The notes under the pieces are model-generated. The model was not told the DNA's origin and searched no databases. It saw only the letters and a list, made by a program, of their open reading frames with translations. The translations under genes were made by a program, and so were the position numbers. This document shows, piece by piece, positions 10,646 through 21,495 of a DNA stretch of 64,000 nucleotides. The number at the start of each line of letters is the position of its first letter. Positions within the stretch are counted from its first letter, which is position 1. The stretch is from Squalus acanthias (lineage: Eukaryota): positions 73,098,001 to 73,162,000 of the forward strand of contig CM059430.1 in assembly GCA_030390025.1 (NCBI GenBank), read 5' to 3'.

Positions 10646-13600
10646 TAATAGACGTGTGGAGAAGTTCATGTCCATTGTGCCACTTAGTTGGCGGAATCCG
10701 CATTGCGAATCTGGGAGGAGCTCTTCGGACACTGGGAGACTGGGCACAATGGACATGACCTTCATCGTACGTAAATTACAAGGGAAATGCATGGAACAGC
10801 TCCAACCTCTGTACATGGCCTTCTTTGATCTCACAAAGGCCTTCGACACTGTAAACCGTGAGGGATTATGGAGTGTCCTCCTCAAATTCGGCTGCCCTCA
10901 AAAGTTTGTCACCATCCTCCACCTGCTTCACGATGACATGCAAGCTGTGATCCTGACCAACGGTTCCACCACAGACCCAATTCACTTACGAACCGGGATC
11001 AAGCAAGGCTGTGTCATCGCACCAACGCTCTTCTCGAAATTCCTTGCTGCAATGCTCCATCTCACCCTCAGTAAGCTCCCCATTGGAGTGGAGGTAATTC
11101 ACAAAAATCAAACAATAAAGGTGACTCAACCGTGGCTAACAAGGGAAATTAGGGATAGCATAAGATCCAAGGAGAGGACTTATATATTGGCCAGAAAAAG
11201 CAGCAAACCTGCGGATTGGGAGCAGTTTAGGATACAGCGAAGGAGGACAAAGGGATTAATTAAGAGGGGGGAAATAGAATATGAGAGTAAACTTGCATTG
11301 AACATAAAAACTGACTGTAATAGCTTCTAAAGATATGTGAAGAGAAAAGGATTGATCAAGTCAAGCGTAGGTCCCTTGCAGTCAGAATCATGGGAATTTA
11401 TAATGAGGAATAAAGAAATGAAAGACCAATTAAATACATACTTTGGTTCTGTCTTCACAAAGGAGGACACAAATGAACTCCCAGAGATGTCGCGGAACAT
11501 AGGGTCTAGTTAGGGGGAATTAAATACGTGGGGTTACGGGGGTAGGGTGGGATATGTGTACTGTGGGGATTAAAGCAGGGACAGGGTACTGGATTTGGAT
11601 GATCAGCCATGATCGTATTGAATGGCGGAGCAGGCTCGACGGGCCGAATGGCCTACTCCTGCTCCTAGATTCTATGTTTCTATGTTTCTATGTTTCTAAT
11701 GAGAGGGAGGAATTGAATGAAATCAGTATTTGTAGGGAAATGGTGTTATGGAAATTGATGAGATTGAAGGCCGATAAATCACCAGGGCCTGATAATCTAC
11801 ATCCTAGGGAACTTAAGGAAGTGGCCCTAGAAATAGTAGATGCTTTGCTGGTCATCTTTCAAAATTCTATAGACTCTGGAACAGTTCCCATGGATTGGAG
11901 GGTAGCTAATGTAACCCTACTATTTAAAAAAGGTGGTGGAGCAAAAGCGGGGAATTATAGACCGGTAAGCCTGACATCGGTAGTGGGCAAAATGCAAGAG
12001 TCCATTATAAAAGATGTAATAGCAGAGCACTTGGGAAACAGTGATAGAATCGGATAAAGTCAACATGGATTTACAAAAGGTAAATCATGCCTGACTAATC
12101 TACTGGAATTTTTTGAGGATGTAACAGTTAGAATAGATAAGGGAGAACCAGTGGATGTGGTGTATTTGGACTTTCAGAAGGCTTTTGATAAGGTTCCGCA
12201 TAAGAGATTAGCGTGCAAAGTTACAACACATGAGATTGGGGGTAAGGTACTGATTTGGATAGAGAACTGGTTGGCAGACAGTTAGCAAAGATTTGGAATA
12301 AACAGCAGGCAGGCAGTGACTAGTGGGGTACCGCAGGGAACCGTGCCAGGACCCCAGCTATTCACAATATATATTAATGATCTAGACGAGGGAACTAGAT
12401 GTAATATCTCTAAGTTTGCAGGCGGCACAAAGCTGAGTAGGCGTGTGTGCTGTGAGTAGGATGCAGAGAAATTCCAGTATGATTTGGACAGGTTGGGTGA
12501 TTGGGCAGGTGCGTGGCAGATGCAGTATAATATGAATAAATGCGAGGTTATCCACTTTGGTGGCAAAAACAGCAAGACAGATTATTATTATGTTAACGGC
12601 AATAGATTGGGAAAAGGGGAAGTTCAACGAGATTTGGGAGTCCTTGCGCACCAGTAGCAGAAGGTAAGCATGCAGGTGCAGCAGGCAGATACGAAGGCAA
12701 ATGTTATGTTGGCCTTCATAGCTAGAGGATTCGAGTACAGGAGCAAGGATGTCTTGCTGAGAACACACCTTGAGTAGTGTGTGCAGTTTTGGTCGCCTTA
12801 TCTGAGGATGGATGTCCTTGCCATGGAGGGAGTGCATGCGAAGATTTACCAGACTGATATCTGGGATGTCAGGAATGACGTATGAAGAGAGATTTGGTCG
12901 TTTAGGCTTATATTCGAAAGTTTTAGAAGAATAAGAGAGAATCTCATTGAAACGTATAAAATTCTAACAGGACTAGACAGACTAGATGCAGCAAGGACGT
13001 TCCCGATGGCGGGGGAGTCCAGAAACAGGGGTCAACGTCTAAGGATAAGGGGTAAGCCATTTAGGACTGAGATGAGGAGGAATTTCTTCACCCAGAGAGT
13101 GGTGAACCTGTGGAATTCACTACCACAGAAGGCAGTTGAGGCCAATTCATTAAATATGTTCAAGAAGGAGATAGATATATTTCTTAAGGCTAAAGGGATC
13201 AAGGGATATGGGGAGAAATCAGGGGAGGGTAATGAATTTGAATGATCAGCCATGATCTTATTAAATTGTGGAACAGGCTCGAGGGGCCGAATGGCCCACT
13301 CTTGCTCCTATCTTCTATTCTTCTATGCTTCTAAACGGGAAACTGTTGAACCTCCGTCGCCACAGTCCAGATCCAACGTCCTCCCATCCGCTGTCGTCGA
13401 ATTACAGTATGCATATGACGCTTGCATCTGCGCTCACGCGGAGGTTGAACTCCAAGCCATCGTCAACATCTTTACCGAAGCATACGAGAGCATGGGCCTT
13501 ACACTAAACATCCGTAAGACAAATGTTCTCTACCAACCAGCCCCCGCCACACAGTACTGCCCCCCGATTATCAAAATCCATGACAAGGCCTTAGACAACG

Positions 13601-14411
13601 TGGAACAATTTCCATACCTCGAAAGCCTACTGTCAACAAGGGCAGACGTCGACGACGACGTCCAACACCGCCTTCAGTGTGACAGTGCAGGCTTTGGTCG
13701 CCTGATGAAGAGAGTGTTTCAAGACCAGGACCTCAAACCCGGCACTAAGCTCATGGTCAAAAGAGCAGCAGCGATACCCGCCCTGCTGTATGCCTCAGAG
13801 ACATGGAGCATGTACAGTAGGCACCTCAACTCGCAGGAGAGGTACCACCAACGCTGCCTCCGCAAGATCCTGCAAACCCATTTGCAGGATAGGCGCACCA
13901 ACGTCAGTGTTCTTGCTCAGGCCAACATACCCAGCATCGAAGCTTTGACCACGCTCGATCAACTCCGATGGACAGGTCACATTGTCTGCATGCCCGATAC
14001 GAGACTCACAAAACAAGTGCTCTAGTTAGAGCTCCGGCACGGCAAGAGAGCCCCAGGTGGGCAGAGGAAACGCTTCAAGGACACCCTCAAAGCCTCCTTT
14101 AAAATGTATAACATCCCCACCGACACCTGGGAATCCCTGGCTCAAGACCACACAAAGTGCAGCAGATGCATCCGGGAAGGTGCCGAACACCTCGAATCTC
14201 TTCGCCGGGAGCAAGCGGAAGCCAAGCGCAGGCAGCGCAAGGAGTGCACGTCAACCCAAGCACCCCACCTACCCGCCCCTTCAACCACCGTCTGCCCCAC
14301 CTTTGACAGAGACTGTAGGTGCAGCAGTGGACTCATCTGTCAGCTGCGAACTAATTTTTAACGTGGAAGCAAGTCATCCTCGGTTCCAAGGGACTGCCTA
14401 AGAAGACGAAG
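10646..14411 (+). mobile_element. RTE-clade LINE, 5'-truncated and 5'-inverted, split by a CR1 insertion (about 11104-13331)
   Basis: RTE RT motifs (SQCGFR, FFDLTKAFDTVNR, GIKQGCVIAPTLF, LLYASETW, QLRWTGH) and an (AAG)n-like tail. TSD ATAATG(A/T)GATTTG at 10633-10645 and 14412-14424. Confidence 0.88.
11508..11697 (+). mobile_element. 5'-truncated HE1-type SINE
   Basis: Matches the 3' half of the SINE at 53327..53760, including the CR1-derived tail and (TTCTATGT)n end. Confidence 0.75.
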
Positions 14412-15099
14412 ATAATGTGATTTGATAGAGGTGTTCAAAATCCTGAAGATTTCTGATAAAGTCAGCAAAAACTGTTCCAGTGGTAGAAGGGTCAGTGGAT
14501 ACAGATTTATGGTAATTGCCAAAAGGACCAGAGGCGACATGAGAGAAACAATATACATAGGCTGGTGGAAGCAGATTCAGTAATCACTTTCAAAGGAGAA
14601 TTGGATGAAAACTGGAAAACGAAAAATTTGCAAGGCTCTGGGGAAAGAGCAGGCTGTGGGACAAATTGGATGGGCCGAATGAAGTTCTTCCGTGCAGTAT
14701 AAGTCAATGATTCTATGTTTTCTTCAATCAGGAACCGGATGGAAAGCCTGTTAATACTAAATAGCATTTTAGGCCTTTAAGATGCAGACCGTAGAATTCG
14801 AGGTCTTTATCAACAAGCGCTAGCAGAATCAGGTGCAGCCCGGCGTGCAGGGTCTACACACAGTGTTAATCAATATTTAGCCCGTTTTGATATATTTGAT
14901 TAACAGAAAAAAACATGTCATTCACAGCGCAGCGCTGGACAACTAAAAGCATGCCGCAATCTCACTTTAACCGAATAATCCAACATGAACTAGCAATGCA
15001 GTAGCAGGGGCAGTGCAGTGATTTTGACATGGTTCATTCGCCTTTGTAGCCTGGGTTTCGACGCGCCGCAAATTGGTGAGATTAAAACCTCCTCTGGCT

Positions 15100-18000
15100 G
15101 TAGGCTACCAGGGACTGAGTGAGCGGACCTGTGGGAGGAACGGAGTCGGAGGCCGGAGATAAAGGCAGCGCGGAGCAGAGGCCTGGGAGTCTCAGTAAGT
15201 GGACTCACTGGAAGGTGTACAATCGGCTAGCGACACAACGAAGGAGTGACGTCAGAATTCAAAGGTGTCGCTGGCACAAGGGAGCTGAGAGGTGAGTATC
15301 GGGTGAGTATTTTTGTTAAGTTTTTTTTGTTTTGTTTTGAGTATATTTCTGCTAACTAGTTCATAGCCTATCTAAAAGGGGGAAGTGCTGATTGGTGGGT
15401 AACTGTTGAGGTTTTCTTGCTAAGTTTTAAGTTTATTTCTGCTAAATTACCTCCATAGTCTGCTAAATAGAGGCATGGGATGGTAATCAATCCCGTGAAT
15501 TGCATATTCTGAGCATGTGGGAAATCCTGGACGCTTCTTGTGGCCTGGACGACCACGTTTGCAGGAAGTGTCGCCAACTGCAGCAACTCGAGTTCCGGGT
15601 TTCGGAGCTTGAGCGACAGCTGGAGTCACTACAGTGCATCCGTGAGGCTGATAAATACTTGGAAAGCAGGTTTCTAGAAATGGTCACCCTGCAGCCTCAG
15701 AAGGTGCAGGCAGAGAGGGAATGGATGACCACCAGACTAAGAAGGAGGACCACGCAGTTAGATCAGGAATCCCCAGAGGGCATCTCGCTTACTAACCGGT
15801 TCACAGTTCTAGAAACTTGTGAGGCTGATGGTTCCTCTGGGGAGAGCAGACCGAGCAAAGAACATGGCACCACAGGTGGATCAGCTGCACAGGGGTGGGG
15901 GGGTGGGGGCAGAGGAAGAAGAATGGAAGTGCAATAGTGATAGGGGATTCATTAGTTAGGGGAACAAATAGGCGTTTCTGTGGACGCAGTAATGAAACCA
16001 GGATGTTATGTTGCCTCCCTGGTGCCAGGGTCATGGATGTCACTGAGCGGCAGCAGGACACTCTGAGGGGAGAGGGTGAACAGCCAGAGAACGTTGTCCA
16101 TATCTGTACCAACTGCATAGGCAGAAAGGGGGATGATGTCCTGGAGGCAGATTATATGGAGCTAGAAAATACATTAAAAAGCAGGTTCTCAAAGGTAGAA
16201 ATCTCCGGATTACTCCCGATGCCACGTGCTAGTGAGGATAGTAATAGGAGGATAGAATTCATGAATGCGTGGCTGGAGAGATGGTGCAGGACGGAGGCCT
16301 TTAGATTCCTGAGCTATTGGGACCATTTCTGGGGAAGGTGGGACCTGTAAAATCTGGACGGTTTAAAACTCAACAGAACCAGGACCAATATTCTTGCGAC
16401 GAGTTTGCTAGTGCTGTTGATGGACGTTTAAACTAGCTTAGCAGGGAGACGGGCACCAGCATATAGGAACAGAAAAGAGGAATAAGGTGCATAAAAGAGT
16501 GAGTTGCTTGGATAGTACTACAGAAGAAAGTAGTACTAAAGGCGGAAGTAGCAACATAATGGCCCAGAAATTCGGCCGAATACGGGAGAGTACGCACTGT
16601 GCACTCTTGCGTATTCGGTCCCGAGTGCCGGTTTCCTGCATGCACTGCGCATGCGCGGGAAACCGGCACTCCCGATATTGCGAAGGGGGCGGTTCCTAAG
16701 TGAACTGCGTGCGCACTAAAGGCTGTGCGCACGGAGCACACTGAGGTTTTTTTTCAGGTTTCAACGCGAGGGTAAGTATGCAAGATTTTACACATGAAAA
16801 AAGGAGGTGTAAGACCCCCTTTTAACAAGGTAAGTAGTTAATTAAGTATTATTTTAATTTTTTTTCAACAGGTTTATCTTTTTTAGAGACTTTAAAGAAA
16901 GATAAGTTTATTTTTATAACTTTTAAAAAGAATTTAAATTTTTTGAAAAATTAAAATTTTTGTTTAAAATGATTAATTTATTTAACTATAGTTATTTTAT
17001 TAATGTGATTTTTTTTAATTAATTGAGGTTTAGCTGTTCTTTTGGGGCAAGTTGTATTCATAGTTTTGACAGTTCTCATGTCAAAACTATAAATGAAAGA
17101 TGTTGTGCTGCCATTGGCTCTAACTGGCCCACGTGATCCCAGAGGTCGCATCGAAGTAACTGCGCCTCTGGGACACGCACACAATGCGCGACGGCACCAG
17201 GGAGAGGCCCAGGACCAGAAGTTCGTGTGGGCCCGAACCATAAAGGCAGGCGCGGAGTGCGTTATCGCAGGGGATCCTTACCCCCGCGGCAACCATCGAA
17301 GTCTAATGTCTGGGCCATTAAATAGGAGCAGACTAAGAAAGACTACGAAACTTTCAAAAATGAGTTTAGAATGCATGTAATTAAACGCACGAAGTTTGGT
17401 GAATAAGGTTATGAGTTACAAGCACAATTAGCCGTGTGGCAATATGATGTGGCAATAACAGAAACGTGGCGTAAAAACGGTGAGGAATGGGCACTTAATA
17501 TTCAAGGGTACAACGTGTTCAGAAAAGATAGGGAAGGAAAAAAGGGAGCTGGCTTGGCACTGTTGATTAAGGAGTACATTGTTGTGTTTTAAAGGGAGGA
17601 TGTTCTTGATGGTCAAGGAACAAATCCATTTGTTTAGGGTTGAGGAGCAATACGGTTATGATCACGCTATTCTGGTTATTCTAAGTGCCTCCAAATAGCG
17701 AGAGGGAGGTGGAGGAGCAAATCTGCAGGGAAATCGCAGAGATATGCAAGAGCTAGAGAGGGGTGATATTGGGGGACTTTAATTACATATATCGTTTGGG
17801 ATAATGCTAGGGTAAAGGGAAAGGAGTGGGAGGAATTTCTGAAACGTGATCAGGAGAATTTCCTTGACCAGTTTGTTCTTGGCCAAACTAGGAATGAGGC
17901 ATTGCCTAATCTGGTGCTGGGGAATGAGGTTGGCCAGGTCGAGCAAGTGTTTGTGGGAGAACACTTGGGTACGAGTGATCAGCATATCAAAATAATTAGA

Positions 18001-18943
18001 TTAGCAATAGAAAGGAGCAAGGAGCTATCTAGAGTGGAACTTCGAAACTGGAATAGTGCTAACTTCAATTGAATGCGAAAGGATCTAGCCAGGGTAAAAT
18101 GGAACCAAGGACTGACAGAAAAACTGTAACGGAACAATGGGTGATCTCTAAGGAGGAGATGTTTCAAGTACTGCCTAGATATATTCCAACAAGATGGAAT
18201 TGTAAGGGAATCAAAGCAAGGGATCCTTGGATGACGATGATGAAACAAAAAAAGAGGGTGCCTCATGCATGTCAGGTGAATTCTTCAAGGAGGAACCAGA
18301 ACGAATACAATAGGTTGAGTGGGGAATTGAAGATGAAAATAAAATTCGCAAAGAAAGAATATGAGAGTAGAATGGCGGTTAGCATAAAAGGGAACCCAAA
18401 AATCTTCTACCGGCATGTAAACAGTAAGTGGTAGTAAGAGGCGGGGTGAGTACTATTAGGAAAAAAGAAGGTGATATATGCTTGGAGGCACAGGGCAAGG
18501 CTAGAATACTCAATTAGTACTTTGTATCGGTGTTTACTAAGGAGCTGGATGTTGACAAAATATCAGTAGAAGTGGAACAGGTAGAAGCAATGGAAGGGGT
18601 GAAAATTGATAGACAGGATATACTAGAAAAGTTGGGTATGCTTAGAGTGGACAAGTCGCCTGGTCCAGATGGCTTGCATCCCAGGTTGGTAAGGGAATTG
18701 GAGGACGAGATAGCGGAAGGGCTGGTCATAATTTCCCAATTTTCCCTAGAATGGGGGGAAGTGACTGAAGATTGAAAAGTGACAAATGTGACACCATTGT
18801 TCAAGAAAGGGTGTAAGGACAATCCTAGTAACTACAGGCATGTCAGTTTAACATCAGTGGAGGGTAAAGTTTTAGATACAATAATCAAGGTAAAAATTAA
18901 CGGACACTTGGAGAGGTTTAAACTAATTAAGGAGAGTCAACAC
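15100..18943 (+). mobile_element. CR1 LINE 5' half: ORF1 (zinc finger/coiled coil, SGNH esterase) and ORF2 endonuclease, decayed
   Basis: ORF 15500..15937 (HVCRKC), ORF 15895..16350 (IVIGDS...VHICTN), then APE-like fragments with stops. Interrupted by the MITE at 16559. Confidence 0.85.
16559..17318. mobile_element. TA-flanked MITE with ATGGCCC terminal inverted repeats
   Basis: TA|ATGGCCCAGAAATT ... AATGTCTGGGCCAT|TA, inserted cleanly in a CR1. A reverse-complement copy is at 52659..53841. Confidence 0.8.
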
Positions 18944-19409
18944 AGGGTGGTAGTGTGACTGGGGAAAGACCCGTGTAGTTCTCCCACACAAGATGGGAGT
19001 GATTCCTACATTCCCGCTGACGAGGCCTGTTTAATTTTGGTGCTCACGTTGGCTTCACCAGCCCATCTGGTTATTCCACTCTTATCCGTGCTCTCATTAT
19101 CATTCTTCTGTCATCCCAGTCTCACATTCCTCCCTTAATGTTAATACACCATTGAAGATTAATTTTATTATTGGTCGTCTGATGTGGTAATTAGATAAAA
19201 TTAAATAAAATCCTGAAATAAAATCTAAAATAAGACAAATCTGAAAGTAACTATTTTTATTTTTTAATACTTTACAAAACCTATAGCAAACATTCACGTG
19301 CTGCAGTGTTGTTCAAGCAATTGTTAACAGTCCGGGGGACATGTTTTAAAACACGTTTCAAATACAGGCAAAAAATATTGATATTCAGAATGAGACACGG
19401 TCATTGATG

Positions 19410-19680
19410 AGGCCCCCGTCACCCTACATTACTGATATGGAACCTATCGCCCTACATTTAAGATATTGGCCCCATCACCCTACAAATCCTGATTTGGGCC
19501 CCCTTCGCCTTGTGTTCCTGATATGGACTCCCATCACTTTACATTCATGATGTGGACCCATCACCCTGTATTGCTGATATGGGTCCTGATCACCTTGTAT
19601 TCCTGATAGGGGTCCCCATAAACCTGCATTCGGGATATGGGTCCACATCACTGCATTCATAATATGAAGCCCGTCACATT
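19410..19680. repeat. Minisatellite, about 29-30 bp unit (CCCATCACCCTACATTCCTGATATGGG-like)
   Basis: About 9 diverged tandem units. Confidence 0.8.
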
Positions 19681-19901
19681 CATCATCATCAACCGAATTC
19701 CTTCCGGTCAATAACACGAACGGTTTCCAGACAAATTGGTGAACAGTGCCTTGCGCAGAGGAAAATCAGAATACACTTGCTCCTGGTTCTATATTATACA
19801 GAATAAACTTCTTCACATCGACTTTTAATCCCCATCAGTACAGCCATTGCATCGCTTTCTTGATGTTAATTCGTTCCTTTTCCAGAATCGGTTAAATCTC
19901 A

Positions 19902-19914
19902 TCAGGTTATGTGG
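19902..19914 (-). CDS. Candidate alternative or terminal coding exon (xHIT*), followed by 3' UTR
   Basis: Strong acceptor CTCCTTTCTTTTTACTAG|C; in phase 2 it reads CAC ATA ACC TGA. Minus-strand AATAAA at 19261-19256 and 19169-19164. Confidence 0.4.
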
Positions 19915-21084
19915 CTAGTAAAAAGAAAGGAGATTTCAGATAAGAAAGAACATAAGAAATAGGAGTAGGAACAGGCCACTTGGCCCCTCGAGCCTGCTCC
20001 GCTGTCAGGAAGCTGCCGTGCTGAAACAAAGTGAGCAAACTTCCCACAGCAGTATTCCCGGTTAATTTTAATTAATCTGCTGGCGAGACTTATGTTGCCA
20101 GGATACTGCTTTGTAGATCAAACCGGGAAAAACGAGATCTGGCTCTATTGCTGTTTGTGTTTCTTCCATGTGATGCAACAAACTCCCGTAAATGTTGCCA
20201 CGTTAATAGGTGTGAAATATGCAAAATAGCTACAAATAAAGTAACCAGCAGCCTGCTGCAGCAGAGGCTGGAAATAGAGACAACGGAACAATTGCCCAGA
20301 AACACAGGATTACATCTGTAGCTCAGCGGAGCACGGTTTGTACTGAACCATATGGCAGGAAGGTACCAGGTTGCATAGCTGTTCTGCTGAGTTATCTGAA
20401 CTCAGCCGGGGCAGGATTTATACAATTGGCCTTGGTGGCCCTGAGATGAGGAAGGACAGCGACCAACCGCGTCCCTGGTCCTGACTGTGGCCACTGTTGA
20501 GTGCATATTTTTCTTCGATAGGGTAAGATCAGTTTTCGCTCGGCTGTGACGTACAAAAGATGCTTGTACCTCGATCTCCCTGTCTGGGCTCCCCCATGAA
20601 GAATCCTCATTTACTGATACTATAGATTCTTACCAGCGCCTTGAAACAGGAACGCAGCAATCGGCAGGAACACTCAACCACACACATACACAGAACAACA
20701 AACGGACGTACCCTTACACATATATACATACACATACGCAATCCGCGTCTGTTCGACTTTAATTAATTTGTTCATAAATAAAAAAAAATTAAACTTAAAA
20801 AGATACATTCATTCTCTGGTACGGGCACGATCAGCACATGGGCATTTCAAACAGATTGAAGTGTCATCGGGTATCTGTGTTGTGATTAAGTGTACAAGTA
20901 GCATGATTATATCCAGAACAGCAAATCAGCGGAAATTCAAACTCTGGAGCTACACTGCATTCGGAAAATTACAGAGAATGGTCTTGAATTTCCCGATTCA
21001 GTGACAAACAGTGAATTGCTGTGTAACTTCATCAGTGAGAGATTGAGAGAAGAATGTGGTCATGTAATACTGAATCACAGATGG

Positions 21085-21385
21085 GTGAGGCGATTCTTCA
21101 GCGAGTAAGCTTTGGATGGAGTTTGTAAAGTAATTGATAGATGGGTGTAGGAATGTAAAGTGAGTGCGATTTCGCCGTGAGTATCGTAACGTGAGAGACA
21201 GATAGTGTCAGTGTGTAACAGTTCGTAAGAGATGGGTCTGGGTGTATAACCGTGAGTGAGATGTGTGTGTGTGTGTGTAACAGTGAATGAGAAATGAGTG
21301 TGGATGTGTAACAGTGAGTGAGAGATGGGTTTGGGTGGAACCAATGAGTGAGAGATGGGTTTGAGTGTGTAACAGTGAGTGACAT
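21085..21385. repeat. GT-rich minisatellite (GTGTGTAACAGTGAGTGAGAGATGGGT-like)
   Basis: Diverged tandem units directly after the tail-exon stop. Source of His/Thr/Ser-rich spurious ORFs. Confidence 0.8.
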
Positions 21386-21404
21386 TTTGAGACTCTAACA
21401 TGAT

Positions 21405-21495
21405 TTACGCTTCCTGGTGTGAAACCTTCGATGGATAAGAAACTGGAGCATGGTTGTGGAGCAGCAAAGTACAGGGAATCAATTTGCCCCGACAT
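21405..21495 (-). CDS. Cytoplasmic tail exon (RCRGKLIPCTLLLHNHAPVSYPSKVSHQEA*)
   Basis: Acceptor CTTCTTTTGTGATTTTAG| after a 97-bp intron. Phase 2 gives an open frame to TAA at 21407-21405. No ITIM or ITAM. Confidence 0.6.

Larger units (their letters stand above)
7390..14720. mobile_element. Nest of CR1 LINE fragments (+ and - strand) hosting an RTE insertion
   Basis: Multiple CR1 RT fragments (NYRPVSLTS, DFQKAFD, KFADGTK) with stops. The host CR1 resumes at 14412 after the RTE element. Confidence 0.85.

Noticed and set aside
10656-14025. Long ORFs 10656..11330 and 13252..14025
   Set aside because: Fusions across RTE/CR1 insertion junctions, not host genes.
15895-16350. SGNH/GDSL esterase-like ORF (also 48288..48740)
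   Set aside because: Standard CR1 ORF1 esterase domain, flanked by CR1 zinc-finger and endonuclease remnants.
19410-19680. Regularly spaced repeats superficially like a CRISPR array
   Set aside because: Contiguous diverged tandem units without unique spacers, in vertebrate DNA with no cas genes.
19770-19830. Tyr motifs EEVYSV and QEQVYSDF on the minus strand, resembling ITIM/ITAM
   Set aside because: They are in different frames with intervening stops and lie downstream of the candidate stop codon. Treated as 3' UTR noise.
21075-21495. His/Thr/Ser-rich ORFs
   Set aside because: Translations of the GT-rich minisatellite. The splice phase of the real exon uses a different frame.
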